From the NCBI GenBank assembly GCA_002269645.1, contig NIVC01002207.1:1-64000 (forward strand): a stretch of DNA of 64,000 nucleotides. Direction: 5' to 3'. A model generated the notes under the pieces. It was not told where the DNA came from. It did no database searches and saw only the letters and a list, made by a program, of their open reading frames with translations. Position numbers and translations under genes: made by a program. The DNA is from Macrostomum lignano (taxonomy: Eukaryota). Of this stretch, positions 12,015 to 25,227 are shown piece after piece; position 1 is the stretch's first letter, and the number at the start of each line of letters is the position of its first letter.

Positions 12015-15000
12015 CTCTAGCTCCACAAACGTATTTACCCATGGATAACTAAAGCAAAGCTTCTGGACTGGATGCATAATCACCCGGCTTGTACTAAAAT
12101 ATCGCGAAAAAATTTTTCTATAACAAAACCTAAAACAAAACTGCAGGCAACGCATCTATCTGTTTGATTGTATCTGTATGCCTGTGCAGCCTGTCTGTCT
12201 GCGCCTAGTGTCTGTCTGTTTGCGCGCCTTTGTGTCTGTCTGTCTGCGCCTTTGTGTCTGTCTGTCTGCGACTTTGTGTCTGTCTGTCTGTGTCTTAGTG
12301 TCTGTCTGTCTGCGCCGTAGTGTCTGTCTGCGCCTTAGTGTCTGTCTTTCTGTCTGCGCCTTAGTGTCTGTCTTTCTGTCTGCGCCTTAGTGTCTGTCTT
12401 TCTGTCTGCGCCTTAGTGTCTGTCTGTCTGTGCCTTTGTGTCTGTCTGTCTGCGACTTTGTGTCTGTCTGTCTGTGTCTTAGTGTCTGTCTGTCTGCGCC
12501 GTAGTGTCTGTCTGCGCCTTAGTGTCTGTCTTTCTGTCTGCGCCTTAGTGTCTGTCTTTCTGTCTGCGCCTTAGTGTCTGTCTTTCTGTCTGCGCCTTAG
12601 TGTCTGTCTTTCTGTCTGCGCCTTAGTGTCTGTCTGTCTGTGCCTTTGTGTCTGTCTGTCTGCGACTTTGTGTCTGTCTGTCTGTGTCTTAGTGTCTGTC
12701 TGTCTGCGCCGTAGTGTCTGTCTGCGCCTTAGTGTCTGTCTTTCTGTCTGCGCCTTAGTGTCTGTCTTTCTGTCTGCGCCTTAGTGTCTGTCTTTCTGTC
12801 TGCGCCTTAGTGTCTGTCTTTCTGTCTGCGCCTTAGTGTCTGTCTTTCTGTCTGCGCCTTAGTGTCTGTCTGTCTGTGCCTTTGTGTCTGTCTGTTTGCG
12901 CGCCTTTGTGTCTGTCTGTCTGCGCCTTAGTGCCTGTCTGTCTGCGCCTTTGTGCCTGTCTGTCTGCGCCTTAGTGTCTGTCTTTCTGTCTGCGCCTTAG
13001 TGTCTGTCTTTCTGTCTGCGCCTTAGTGTCTGTCTGTCTGTGCCTTTGTGTCTGTCTGTTTGCGCGCCTTTGTGTCTGTCTGTCTGCGCCTTAGTGCCTG
13101 TCTGTCTGCGCCTTTGTGCCTGTCTGTCTGCGCCTTAGTGTCTGTCTTTCTGTCTGCGCCTTAGTGTCTGTCTGTCTGCGCCTTAGTGCCTGTCTGTCTT
13201 CGCTTTAGTGTCTACCTGTCTGCGCCTTAGTGCCTTTCAATTTTCCGTGAGCCTACTACCAGTCCATACAGTTTAGTGTCAACTATTGGTCTACTCACAT
13301 CTGCGCGTCTTTCAGTCAGCAGCTGTCTGTTTCAGCTTCAGTTTATCCTAGTCACCTATCCGCTCTATGTTGTTTCGAGTTGGTTTCCAGTCCAATTACT
13401 TTAATTTAGCAGTCCTTAAGCAAGCCTTTGCCACTCATTGCCACTGCAAGCAGCAATGCCCTAAACTATAAAGATCTCTCTAACTACTCTCTCTCCCCAC
13501 AGTGTGCCAGCGCTCAACACTTGACGCAAAACACTTCACAACAACTATGCAATTTTCGCTCATTCGCGGCCATTTATTTGAACGCTCCATTGTCCAAAAT
13601 GTGCATATATGTAGATTATTTGTATGCACTGGGCACAAGCTTCTTTAATGCTGTGCGAGCGACTGTAACATCATTGATAATAATAACTAGTTATTACACA
13701 TTGGCTCGCCTTTGCAACCACGCTGCTTTTGAAGCTAAAAAAACTTTATCTTTTTTCTTGAGTAGTATGAAAATGAGCGAGAAAAGTGTATTACTGTCAT
13801 GCTGTTACTCGTATGTGTGATACAATCAATAACTGTAGAGTTACCTCGGCAAATACGGGCTGTTGAGTAGAATAATCTGGAACAGCATAGTCAGCCTCAT
13901 CGTGATCTGGCACGGAATAGTCGGCCTCATCGTGATCTGGCACCGGCGAAGGTGACTGAGCCTCCTCAGGCGGTGGCTGAGAAGGTGGAGGCGTCAACTG
14001 CTCGACTGCGCCAGACTGTTGGTGCAGCAGTAGGGGTGGAGCTCAAGGTTTAACCGAGTTTCCTGCTCCCAACTGTCCCTGATCCCGAGTTTTCTGGTCC
14101 CAGCTCTCCCTGATCCCGAGTTTCCTGGTCCCCACTCTCCCTGATCCCGAGTTTTCTGGTCCCAGCTCTCCCTGATCCCGAGTTTCCTGGTCCCCACTCT
14201 CCCTGATCCCGAGTTTTCTGGTCCCAGCTCTTCCTGATCCCGAGTTTCCTGGTCCCAACTGTCCCTGATCCCGAGTTTCTTGGTCCCAACTCCATTGATC
14301 CCAAGGAGTTTCCTTGTGGTCTCAAATCTTCTGAGTTTCGAAATTTCTTGGTTTCTCAAATAGTAATCTTACGAAGGTTGAGAGAGCAAAATTAAGAAAA
14401 TACAAACCTCTTTCTGGATAGTTTCAGAAGCACCAGGCTCTTCATCAGGCGTTGTATATATTTCAACATTAGGAGTATTGATGGTGATGACAATTTTATG
14501 CTCTTTACAGTATTTGTAAGTCTCACTGGGTGCAACAAGCATTGTCACTTTGTTGGGAGTTTCCTTAATTCTTTCCACAACCTTTTGATGGCTTAGATCC
14601 TCTAAAATTGATAGTTAAAATATGAATTAGTAATACTTAAAATGGAAAAAAGCAAATAACTTTATTTATTTCAGTTTCTTCATAAATCATTATACTCATA
14701 GAAACTTAAATAATATACAGTTGTATGCACTAAATATATATTTAACATGCTTTGTGACTATCAAATAACATATTAAATACATATTATTCTTTATTATTAT
14801 TCTAAAAATTTATTTAAATTAATAGCATTATTATAATAAGTCAAATATATATAATTTACTTTCAACTTTATGCTTATTTTTTAATATGCTTACAGATGAG
14901 CTCAACCCAAAAAATATTTCAGTTTGAATAATGCTACTTGTTTTCACTTAAATGTAGAATGTAAATGTAAAATGTGTTAAAAGTACACTTACCAACATTG

Positions 15001-15194
15001 GCACCATTCACTTCAATAAGGAAGAATTTTTGACCCAGCCCTCCTGTCTCAGCTGGAGAATTTGGATCAACTTTGCCTATATACTGACCAGGTTTTCCCT
15101 TTTCAGCATGCAGATTAAAGCCATAGCCTGCATATGTTGGCCATTTTTTTAAATTACATAGCCTGGGCTGAGGCAGGTCAGAAGGAATCGACAT
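10487..15194 (-). CDS. NHERF1: NHERF/EBP50/Sip1-type scaffold, single PDZ plus C-terminal ERM-binding motif, 4 exons, ~314 aa
   Basis: Exons 15194-14993 ([44 protein letters not shown]), 14601-14408 ([18 protein letters not shown]), 14015-13845 and 10864-10487 (NAGNAG acceptor; alternative start 10861). All junctions are GT-AG and phase-compatible. The C-terminus [25 protein letters not shown] resembles the NHERF1 ERM-binding tail (..WSKKNELFSNL). The symbol is a family-level call. Confidence 0.88.
10918..11110. repeat. 40-nt minisatellite (GTAACCAGTGACTCTTATTGATGAGGATGTCAGCAGTGGT), ~5 units
   Basis: Tandem array next to the last NHERF exon acceptor. Confidence 0.93.
11928..12010. repeat. 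(CT)n microsatellite (a second short one lies at ~11605-11630)
   Basis: Direct inspection. Confidence 0.95.
12190..13235. repeat. ~22-nt minisatellite (GTCTGTCTGTCTGCGCCTTAGT) with higher-order blocks
   Basis: Tandem array in NHERF intron 3. Confidence 0.95.
14060..14310. repeat. ~31-nt minisatellite (CTCTCCCTGATCCCGAGTTTCCTGGTCCC..)
   Basis: Tandem array in NHERF intron 2. Confidence 0.92.
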
Positions 15195-16349
15195 TGGTGT
15201 GGTCTTTCGTATGACTGAACGTACCGAAAGATAAAAAACAAACTAGCCTGCGAAGCAACAATTGACTATGCACTAGTTTTGCAATATGCAGGCACAAAAC
15301 AACCAAAAATTAAAGCTCAAGTGGAGAACAAAACTTTTAATGACTACATCAGCGGTGAAAATTAAAAATCTAAAGAGGAAATCGTGACTAAAGAATAGAA
15401 TGTGTTTATTAAGCAACAAAAAAGAAATACTTAACCCTTATTTTGAAATTCTCTTCTAAATTTCTTTTTAGGTTTTTCTGATATAAATAAGCAAGTAGGA
15501 TTTGTTTTACTCATTGTTACAAACTAACGGGTTTACCAGTTTACACGTGTATTTGCCACAGAAAGTTACTTACCTACCCATTGTATTTTACTTTTGGCCA
15601 CTGCTATCTGTTTAAAAAGTAGCTGATAAGGTCGCTAGTTTGTTTATGAGACATATAACATTGCCTTTCAGATTCACTCAAAGATTAACTTAAGCGCAAA
15701 TGTTTTTTCTCCTAATTACATAGGGCATAACGAACGATTGAGTTTTCTGTAGATTTTCTTGCGGTAAATACGTCGTTTATATGTCCATTTAAATTCATAG
15801 GTACTGAAATAGTTTATATCAACTTTGTCGATCACATGTATATGTAAAACTTTGCAATTATAATTCTATAGACAATATACATGTAGGATCCGGCCATTTC
15901 GTTTCCTAAAATAGAACGATTTATATTTTCCTGAAAAGGCAAGACAGAGGAAAAATTCTACTCTGTTTAAAGGTAGATTAGGGGTGTTTCACAAAGTTCT
16001 CACCTTGTACTACTACCTACGAAGTATTTTCCCGAACTGATGCCTTTAGATCGATAATTGTTCTGCTGGTAATTTTGCGGAAAATACAAAGCCTCGCAAA
16101 AACGCTGTCTTCATTGTCAAAAATGTTAATGTGTTTATAGAGATTTTACAACCAGCATGTACAAATAGTTCGTTTATGCTGAAGTTAAATGTATAAACTA
16201 AAGACTAGCTAGCTTATATGTGTAGATTATATATATAAATGACGACATTGCGTGTTCTCGTAGAAAGCTTCAGTTGTCATTTTGTAACCTTAGTGTTCTT
16301 CGGTGATTACAGCTCTTGGGTTTAGGATGACGAGGTGCCCATTAAGGTG

Positions 16350-17796
16350 ACAAGGCCAGGACGAGGTGCCCATCGAGGCGCTGTGCATCCACTGTGTGGG
16401 CAAGTGAGGTCGCCAGAGTGATGAATCGCGTGCTCTTCGGTGAGGAGGCACCCAACGAATGGACCACGGCGCACTCGTCGCAGTTCCTAAGAAGCCGGGC
16501 ACCACAAGGCTTGTGGAGCATCGAGGCCTTCAGTCCTGCGCTGCGAAGTTGTTCAACCGGATGCTGTTATCGCGATTGCAGCCCGTGCTGGATCCGTACC
16601 TGCGTCCTGAGCAGAACGGCTTCCGGCCCGGCCCCATCAAGGCATGGTGACGCAGATTCTGGCTCTCTGGTGAGTCATCGAGGAAGCACGAATACTCCAG
16701 TCGATCCTGATTGCTATCTTCATACATGTAGATTTTAAGAAGCATTCGACTCGGTCGTCAGTTCTGTGCTCCCAAAGGTGCTCCGTGCGTACAACGTGCC
16801 AGAGCAGCTGAGTTCCGCCATCATGACGATGTACCGTGATACGACAGCTGCTGTTTCAACACTGGACGGCCTATCGGACTTCTTTGAGACATCCTCCGGG
16901 GTGCTTCAGGGAGATACGCTTGCGCCGTTCCTGTTCGTTCTGGTGCTCGTCTGGGTGCCGCGGACCGCTCTTTCTACCAACGACGACGGCTTTCTGTTGC
17001 GGCGACGCGTGGGTCGACGTCAACTGGAGAGGCGGCTCAGCGTGCTTGGCTACGCCCACGATCTTGCCCTGCTCTCCTCAACTCTCGAGGGCGCCCAACG
17101 ACAACTAGACAAGCTAGTTTTTGTTGCGGCGAGTGTCGGCCTGGTGGTCAACACGCAGAAAACCGTCGTGCTCTGCGTGCCGGACGACATCGAGACTGCG
17201 ATTTTGTGCCGATGCGCTGATGGGTATGCGACAGAGTTTCTGCGCTGTCACCAGTTCGTCTAAATTGGCGGTCTGGTTTTGCGGCGTTGCCGCGGGCTTG
17301 CCTGGGCTGCCTTTCGTTCTGTGAGGGCTGTCGTTCCAGGCGGTGATTGAGACCGTCCTGCTGTACAACGCCGAGACCTGGACGCTGACGGATTCGCTCG
17401 AGCAACAAGTTGACGCGGCGCATGCTGGCCTGCTGCGCGCCGCCTTCAAGATCGGCTACGAGCGAGTGACCGACGTGGATTTGTATCACCGCGCCGGCCT
17501 GGTCCGTCCAAGCGACTTGTTGCGTTGTCGACTCCAGCTGGCAGGCCACATCATCCGCGCCGAGACGTATGCCCACAGACGGTGCAGGAGGTGCTCTCTC
17601 TCTCGGCAGGCGGCTGGGGGGCTTGGCCGGCCGAGAAGTCGGCCCACCCCCCGGAGGAAGCGGCAGATCCCGCCTGCGTCGTTGAGATCGCACTGCCTGC
17701 TGGCTGACGCCGGCGCCCCGGATTCAGCCGGCGGCGTGGCGTTCGTTCGCGACCTGGCCCTGAGGCGCGCCCTGTGACGCTGAACGCGTATTTTGT
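16350..17796 (+). mobile_element. Decayed, 5'-truncated non-LTR retrotransposon, RTE-like reverse transcriptase
   Basis: RT motifs spread over several frames: KLFNRMLLSRL..LRPEQNGFRP, VDFKKAFDSV, GVLQGDTLAPFLF, YAHD (degenerate YADD), VGLVVNTQKT, LLYNAETWTLT. Frameshifts and stops are present; it ends at a (TTG)-type tract. Confidence 0.85.
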
Positions 17797-17813
17797 TGTT
17801 GCTGCTGTTGTTG

Positions 17814-20800
17814 TTGTTGTTGTTTGCGGAGATGAGCTCAAAGGGGCCGCCAGTCGATGGCCCCCAAGAGCTGCGCCACCACTTCTCCTCGTGCAAGGTC
17901 ACCAATGCTAGTGACGCCGATGGTGCGTCTAGTAAGTTCGAGCTTAGGGCAATGGAGAATATGGAACTGCTCAGTCGGTTGATTGCATAGCCGGCATGGC
18001 CCTCCTTCGGCGATGCCTGTTCGGTGACGATAGTAGGATGATTCTAGGCAATGGCCGGATCTGACTTGGGATATAAGCGACTGCTGCCGACGAGTGCCCG
18101 TTCCAGGGGACACCGGGGTGCGGTAAACCTCCAGGTGTCCTGGCAGGTCGGGCTGATACCGAAGGTGATGGTAGATCCGCTCCTTGGAGGCGGGGAGCGA
18201 GATGAGCACCTGATCTTGACAGAGAGTCGCGGCGATTTTAGCTTCAGTGTCGACTAGTTCATTGCCGTGCACCCCCGAGTGTCCGGGCACCCAGAGCAGC
18301 GTAAGTTTGGTCCTATGGGCCGCGGTCACGATGAGGGTCTTCGCTAGCTCGAGCCTAGCGTTCAGAGTGGGCCGGTCGGCTTGGATGGCGGTAATGGCAC
18401 TTTGACTGTCCGTGAGGATGGCGGCGCAGGCGGGAGCGGAATCAATGATGTCCTGGAGCGCGAGAGTGATGGCTTGGAGCTCGGCCTCGTAGGAATTGCA
18501 CCATCGGGCAGCTGCCGCGTGCCCTCTGCGGATGATGGTGCCGTCTTCTTTGTGGAGGAGGATCCAGGCCGATCCCCCGTTGGTGGTGCCTCCTGAGACT
18601 GAACCGTCAGTGAAGTAGAGGGCTGCGTCGGGACAACGCTGCTCAATCGCGGAGAGCACAGCTTCGGTCGCAGATCCTTCATGCTTAGGGAGTTTGGTGA
18701 ACATCTGCACCCCGCAATCAACCAGCGAGTCCCATGGGGGGTTGCGGATCGTTGGTGTGGGCAGACGCGGGAGAGGGATCATAGCGTTGCAGATGGCTCT
18801 GGCTTGCTCTCGTAGCCCTTTGTTGGCCGCTAGCCGGATGTTGAGTTGCCTGTCGCAGATCTGCCGGAACGGATCGTCGGCCGGGCGGCGGTTTGCTTTT
18901 TCGTAGGCCATCAGGGCCCTACGGCGGGCTTCGAAGCTGATCGGACTGACGTTGGTTTCCATATAGATGGCTTCCACCGGTGTCGAGCGTGGCAGTCCCG
19001 TGATGGCTCTGAGGGCTTCTCTTTGAGCGCGGTCCAGGTCGTTGAGGCGGGTACTGGACAGCCATGGAGTCCAGGCAGCAGCAGCGTGCCAGACCACAGA
19101 TTCGACGAGTGCTCGATAAACCCGGAGGAGCAGGGCGCGGTCCCAGCCCCATTCGCGATGGGCGAGCGCGCGGATGATGGCGGTTCTGCGTGCCATCTTC
19201 TCTTTGACCGCGTTGGATTGCTTGTCGAAAAGGAGGCCATGGTCTATCCACACCCCGAGGAACTTCAGTTCTTTCTTGGAGGGGATCGAGTGGCCATTCA
19301 GCGAGAGGTGAAGAGCGCGGTCGCGGTCGGCGCGGTCCCTGCTGTAGAGGCAGCATTCGGTCTTGGATGGATTAAGGTCAATGCGCAGGTGATCTGCCCA
19401 CTGTTCGATCTTCTGGAGCGCATCTTGAGTGCGAGCAAGAAGCTCACGGATGTCACGGCCCGTCGTCCAGAGTGCGATGTCGTCCGCGTAGCCGCTATAT
19501 TCGACATTCGCCGTCATGTAGTCGGACCAGGCATTAACGTAGAGAAGGAAGAGGGCCGGCGAGCTGACAGCCCCTTGCGGGACTCCCTCACGGAGCCGGC
19601 GCCATTTTCCGGTGGTCGCGCCGATTCTAACGGCAATTTGGCGGCCCTCAAGGAAGCTGTCAAACCATTTGTCCATACAGGCGGGAAGGCCCTCGTCCAT
19701 CATCCGGGCGAGGAGTCGGGCCCTCCAGACTCTGTCAAACGCTCTGGAGCAGTCAATGAGCACGGCAAGGGTTTCGAGATGCGGGTTGCGCTCCCAACCG
19801 TCTTGAATGGCCTGGACCAGGCGGGCGACCTGTTCCTCGCAGCCCCGGCCTCGTTGGAAGCCGGCTTGCCAACGTTGAATCTTTCTATGTCGCTCCAGCC
19901 AGTAGTAGAGGCGGTCCAGAATGAGTCTTTCGAGAATTTTGCAGCAGATGGAAGTGAGGCTAACTGGTCTGTAACTGCTTCGATACTTGGGGTCCTTGCC
20001 CTCCTTGAGCAGAGGAATGATGATAGCTTGCTTCCAGGGGCCAGGGCAGTGTCCAGTGCGCCAACAGCGGTTGAAGACCTTGAGCCACGCGGCTCTCCAG
20101 CGGTCGGGCAGGTGCAGAAAGAACGCTGCTTCAATGCCATCGGGGCCGCATTTCTTGCTTGGATCAAGTCTGTCGAGAGCTCTGAGCAGTTCACCCTCGG
20201 TGAAGTCACGGCGATAGTTGTCGTCGTCCGCCTCATAGGAGGCTAGGCGAGTAGCCGTTTGCACCTTGAATTTGCGGTGGGTGGCGTCGTGCTTCAGAGT
20301 GCTAATATCTTCATAATATCTGCCGAAGGCGTTGGCCTTGTCCTTGTCGGTACAGAGTTCCTTTCCATCTACGACCAGGTTCTCATTAGGGTGGGCCGCT
20401 TGTTTGCCGTTGCTAAGGCATTTGATGGTGTTCCAGACCTTTTTGGGGTCTTCGGATTCGGCCATTTTTCCGATAAAGTCCTTCCAAAATTCATGTTTCT
20501 TTTCGCCGCAGCGCTTGATAAGCTCCTGGCTTTTAGCGCGCCATTCCTCAGGAGGGGCGGCGGCTTCACGGAGAGCGTTGCGATGATCACGCAGTTTGCT
20601 CAGCTCGTCATCCCAGTACGGTTTATTTCTGATGGAGACCTTTTTGCGCGGGATGGCCAGTTCTGCCGCTTTGAGCATACCTTTGGTAAGCCGGCTGACC
20701 TGTTTCTTGATGGAACCTTGGTTGAGGTGTTCACAGTCTTCCTCGAGAATGGACCTGAACTGAAACCAGTCGGCTTTCTTCCAAGCCCAGTGGAATCTGG

Positions 20801-21714
20801 GTGTCGCTCGAAGAGTGTCCCGAGCAGTGCTGATAGAGATCAGGATAGGTTTGTGATCCGATCCAAGTTCATTGAGAGTGGACCAGGTGCAGCGGGGGGG
20901 CGATCTCCTGGCTGGCAATGGAGAGGTCGGGAGCGCTGGAGCGCCCTGAGTGACGGTCAATGCAGGTGTGAGCTCCGGAGTTGAGTATCCGGTAGTTGGT
21001 AGAGGAACACCAGTTGATAAGGCAACGGGATTGAGGCAGGCTGTCCCGGCCCTGATCGGCGTCGCTCCCCCAGGATGGGTGGTGCAGGTTAAAGTCGCCC
21101 GTGATGATCTCGCGGTGGTGGCAGCGGAGCCAGCTGTCGACACTAGGATGCTCGCGGTGGTCCTCGCCTTCGATACGCCGGATCGGGGGGCGATAAATAT
21201 TGGTGATGATAAGTCTGTCGCGGGCGGACGTGTTCACGACGATACGGCTCCCTTCAGTGGTGCCGCCGTTCCAGCCCTGGATTTTACGATACGGAATGCC
21301 TTGGCGGACGAAAAGCAACAGGCCACCTCCTTTGATGCTGGGGTCGAGCCTAGCTACTTTGCGGTCCTTGCGAACGGTGATATAGCCTGGCAACTTAGGG
21401 GTTCGATTTAGCGACATGAGCTTGGACTCCTGGACGGTGATGATATCGACCTGAAGTCTCTGAGCGAGTTCCTCCAGCTCCCCCATCTTGTTGCAGATCC
21501 CGTCGGCGTTCCATTGCAGAATGGTTAAGGTCGGTTTCGAGCTGTCCCAGCCGGGAGCCGAGCGGCCGCGCCTAGGGATGGTCGGGTCCGAGCCCGTGGG
21601 GGAGGGTGGACTAAGGCTGGCTGCTTTCGAGCAAGGAGGGCAGCGCCACATTCCCCTGCTGATTTCGCGTTTAATCTGATCCCGGGTGGCCTGGGTGCAA
21701 GCACAGGCACCTGG
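17814..21714 (-). mobile_element. Young I-group (Ingi-like) LINE: partial PHD-like finger, APE endonuclease, RT, RNase H, CCHC knuckle; (CAA)n tail; 17-bp TSD
   Basis: ORF 20869-21861 has WRCPPC and APE motifs (ILQWNADG, VQESKL, NIYRPP, GDFNLHH, SAPDL). ORF 17838-21143 continues with GSDHKP, RT (QAGFQRGR, IDCSRAFDRV, GVPQGAVSSP, YADD), RNase H (FTDGS, EAEL, TDSQS, WVPGH..GNELVD) and CRLC..H..C. The only break is a G7 run at 20894-20900. The TSD TGTTGCTGCTGTTGTTG occurs at 17797-17813 and 21715-21731. Clade assignment is from domain order only. Confidence 0.92.
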
Positions 21715-22466
21715 TGTTGCTGCTGTTGTTGTTTTTGTTGCTGTTTTAAGATGACGCAAAGCAATGCGATACAAAATGCGATGTAACATTTCTGTTAGCG
21801 CATAATTTTCTAAAGCATTGAGATCGAGCACCACCTTAGCCTCTACGGTTTTAGTGAGCAATTTTTTTCGACAGGTTTTGGATACATGGAAACCTTAATT
21901 CCTTTACGAAAAAGTCAAACGCTAAACGCTTTTATAATCGTAATCTCGGAGTGTACGTATAAATATACGAGTACTATATGCATCGTAAAGCCAAGTAGAA
22001 TTAGATAGCAGTCTTAGCAGTCTGCTTGTTGCGTGTATGGCTAACAACACTTCCCCTTGCGAAGCTTCGATGAAATGCCTTTGTTTCCCGGTGTATGAAA
22101 CTGGTTTAAAGTTTACAGGTCTTTGCCTTATACCGATTGTAACATTAATATTTCCGCATGGAAACATTGCTGTGAAACTATCGAGCAAGCTAAACTAGTC
22201 TGGGTTGCTCCTCATTTTATTGGACGCAGCACCGATGCTTTATTATAATAATATTCGATATAATATATACCTAACTAATAATACGTAATGCAGGATTCTG
22301 CAGATGCGATGCAATAAAACGCCGGTATAGGCCCCTTCCCTCCCTAATCTTGCAGCAATAATTTTTGCTTTATAGATATTCGGTTAGCGATTTTCGAGTA
22401 AAATGCGTCTGCGTCTGCTGCTACACACATGATATAGCACAGGGCCTTCAAGCAGCAATTTAACTA

Positions 22467-23230
22467 TGAGACAGTGGCAACCACCATGAGACAGTGGCAA
22501 CCACCAAGAGACAGTGGCGACCACCATGAGACAGTGGCGACCACCAACAGACAGTGGCGACCATCAAGAGACAGTGGCAACCACCAAGAGACAGTGGCGC
22601 CTATCAAGAGACAGTGGCGCCTATCAAGAGACAGTGGCGCCTATCAAGAGACAGTGGCGACCACCATGAGACAGTGGCATCCACCAAGAGACAGTGGCGA
22701 CCACCATGAGACAGTGGCATCCACCAAAATGGTGGCGACCATGTGACAGTGGCAACCACCAAGAGACAGTGGCATCCACCAAGAGACAGTGACGACCACC
22801 AAGAGACAGTGGCAACCACCAAGAGACAGTGGCGACCACCATGAGACAGTGGTGACCACCATGAGACAGTGGCAACCACCATGAGACAGTGGCGACCACC
22901 ATGAGACAGTGGCGACCACCATGAGACAGTGGTGAGCACCATGAGACAGTGGTGAGCACCAAGACACAGTGGCATCCACCAAGAGACAGTGGCGACCACC
23001 ATGAGACAGTGGCGACCACCAACAGACAGTGGCGACCACCAACAGACAGTGGCGCCCACCAAGAGACAGTGGCGACCACCAAGAGACAGTGGCGACCACC
23101 AAGAGACAGTGGCGACCACCAAGAGACAGTGGCGACCACCATGAGACAGTGGCAACCACCAAGAGACAGTGGCAACCACCATGAGACAGTGGTGACCACC
23201 AAGAGACAGTGACGACCACCAAGAGACAGT
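22467..23230. repeat. 20-nt minisatellite (GAGACAGTGGCGACCACCA[AT])
   Basis: Tandem array. Confidence 0.96.
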
Positions 23231-23854
23231 TCTCTAGACAACAAATTCTGCCACTCCCCTTAGGCGCCAGTGACAGACGTACGAGTAATCAATCAATGTG
23301 CACCCAAGAACGTCTTAAGTGATAGCAGAAAGACGGGAATCTTTGTTTCTAAGAAAATAATTGAAAATAATAAGAAAAATAAGAAAATGCTCTAAATTCA
23401 GTTTATGCTCTAAATTCTGAAACTCAATTTTCCCTCAAACTTTGACAGCACAATTTCTCTTAAGTAGTATAACACGAGCCTTTACAAGCTCGAAAACAAG
23501 CTGCTCTTGAAAGCGGTAAAGCCAATTTATTACAATCGATGCTTACACACTTGCAGCCTAATTCCACTCTAATCCTTCAGCTGGGACATTGAAAAGCTTT
23601 CAAAGAAATTCCATAGTCCAACATTTTGCCCGCGTTTCTCAACTAGAACCAAACTCTGACCTGGAAGCACAATTAGAGTCTTAAGCTCATATCGTGATGT
23701 GTGCAGTAAATAAATGAAAAATCTGTAAGCCTAGTTATAGCATAACATTTTAAGTGAGGCTTAGTTGATAAATTTGTACAATTTTGGTTAATTTTTTTAA
23801 CACAGACGACTTCTGCTGTAGGATTGGTTTAAATCCAATAGTTTAAAAAAAACG

Positions 23855-24600
23855 CACCAGTTTAAACAAACCAGTTTAAAACAAACAAATTTAAGAGCAC
23901 CAATGTAAACAACAGTTTAAACGCACCAGTTTAAACACACCAGCATAAACGCACCAGTTTAAACACACCAGCATAAACGCACCAGTTTAAACATACACCA
24001 GTTTAAACAAACCAGTGTAAACACACCAGTTTAAACACACCAGTTTAAACACACCAGTTTAAACACACCAGTTTAAACACACCAGTGTAAACACACCAGT
24101 GTAAACACACCAGTTTAAACACACCAGTTTAAACACACACCAGTTTAAACACACCAGTTTAAACACACCAGTTAACATACACGAGTTTAAACACACCAGT
24201 TTAAACACACCAGTTTAAACACACCAGTTTAAACACACCAGTGTAAACACACCAGTGTAAACACACCAGTTTAAACACACCAGTTTAAACACACACCAGT
24301 TTAAACACACCAGTTTAAACACACCAGTTTAAACACACCAGTGTAAACACACCAGTTTAAACACACACCAGTTTAAACACACACCAGTTTAAACACACCA
24401 GTTTAAACACACACCAGTTTAAACACACCAGTTTAAACACACCAGTTTAAACACACCAGTTTAAACACACTAGTGTAAACACACCAGTGTAAACACACCA
24501 CTTTAAACACACCAGTTTAAACACACCAGTGTAAACACACCAGTTTAAACATACACCAGTGTAAACACACCAGTTTAAACATACACCAGTTTAAACACAC
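23855..24600. repeat. 14-nt minisatellite (GTTTAAACACACCA) carrying a GTTTAAAC palindrome per unit
   Basis: Tandem array, roughly 50 units. Confidence 0.95.
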
Positions 24601-25227
24601 CATATTCCGAACACAATGCATTTAGCTACCCAATGCGCCCAGCTTCTCAGCTAGCTGAGCAGCCCCTGTCGCGATGCCGATAAGCTCATCTCACATCAGA
24701 CAGGAGATATGCAGACGTTAGCCTAGCCATAAGCCGACATCATATTTGACCTGTCAGTCTTTGGCAAAATGGCTCTCTCTCTCTCTACAGATCCGCCCGT
24801 TACTGAGACCCCCACGGGGGCCACCTAGGACCGACCGGGCTCATGCAGTGTCAGGGTCAGTGACCCCCCCCTCCCGAATCGAATGGTGGGACGGGCGATC
24901 GTATTTGCTGCACTCCATGACCCTCCGCTCCACATAGAATAATCCTCTGGCGCTTGCAGCCTCCTGTTTTTTTCACCCGCCCGCCTCACTTTTCTTCCAT
25001 TTCTGTTAGCTTCATCTTCTATTGACATTTTTGCCCCACCTCTGCCTCCCAAGAGAACCGGCAGGAAGTCTTGCTGTCTTGTGTGTTTACTGCCGAACCA
25101 GAAAAATAGTTCGTTATATTTGAGCCTTTCAAATACTAACTGAAAACTTTCTGATACGCTTAAGGACTTAGCTCCACATATAGTCCTAATCCTAGAGCTG
25201 GCGACTCCCATTCGCGTTTGATATAAT

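Noticed and set aside
20894-20900. Programmed frameshift between APE and RT of the LINE
   Set aside because: The shift falls in a G7 homopolymer in the middle of the endonuclease; a 1-nt sequencing error or recent indel is simpler.
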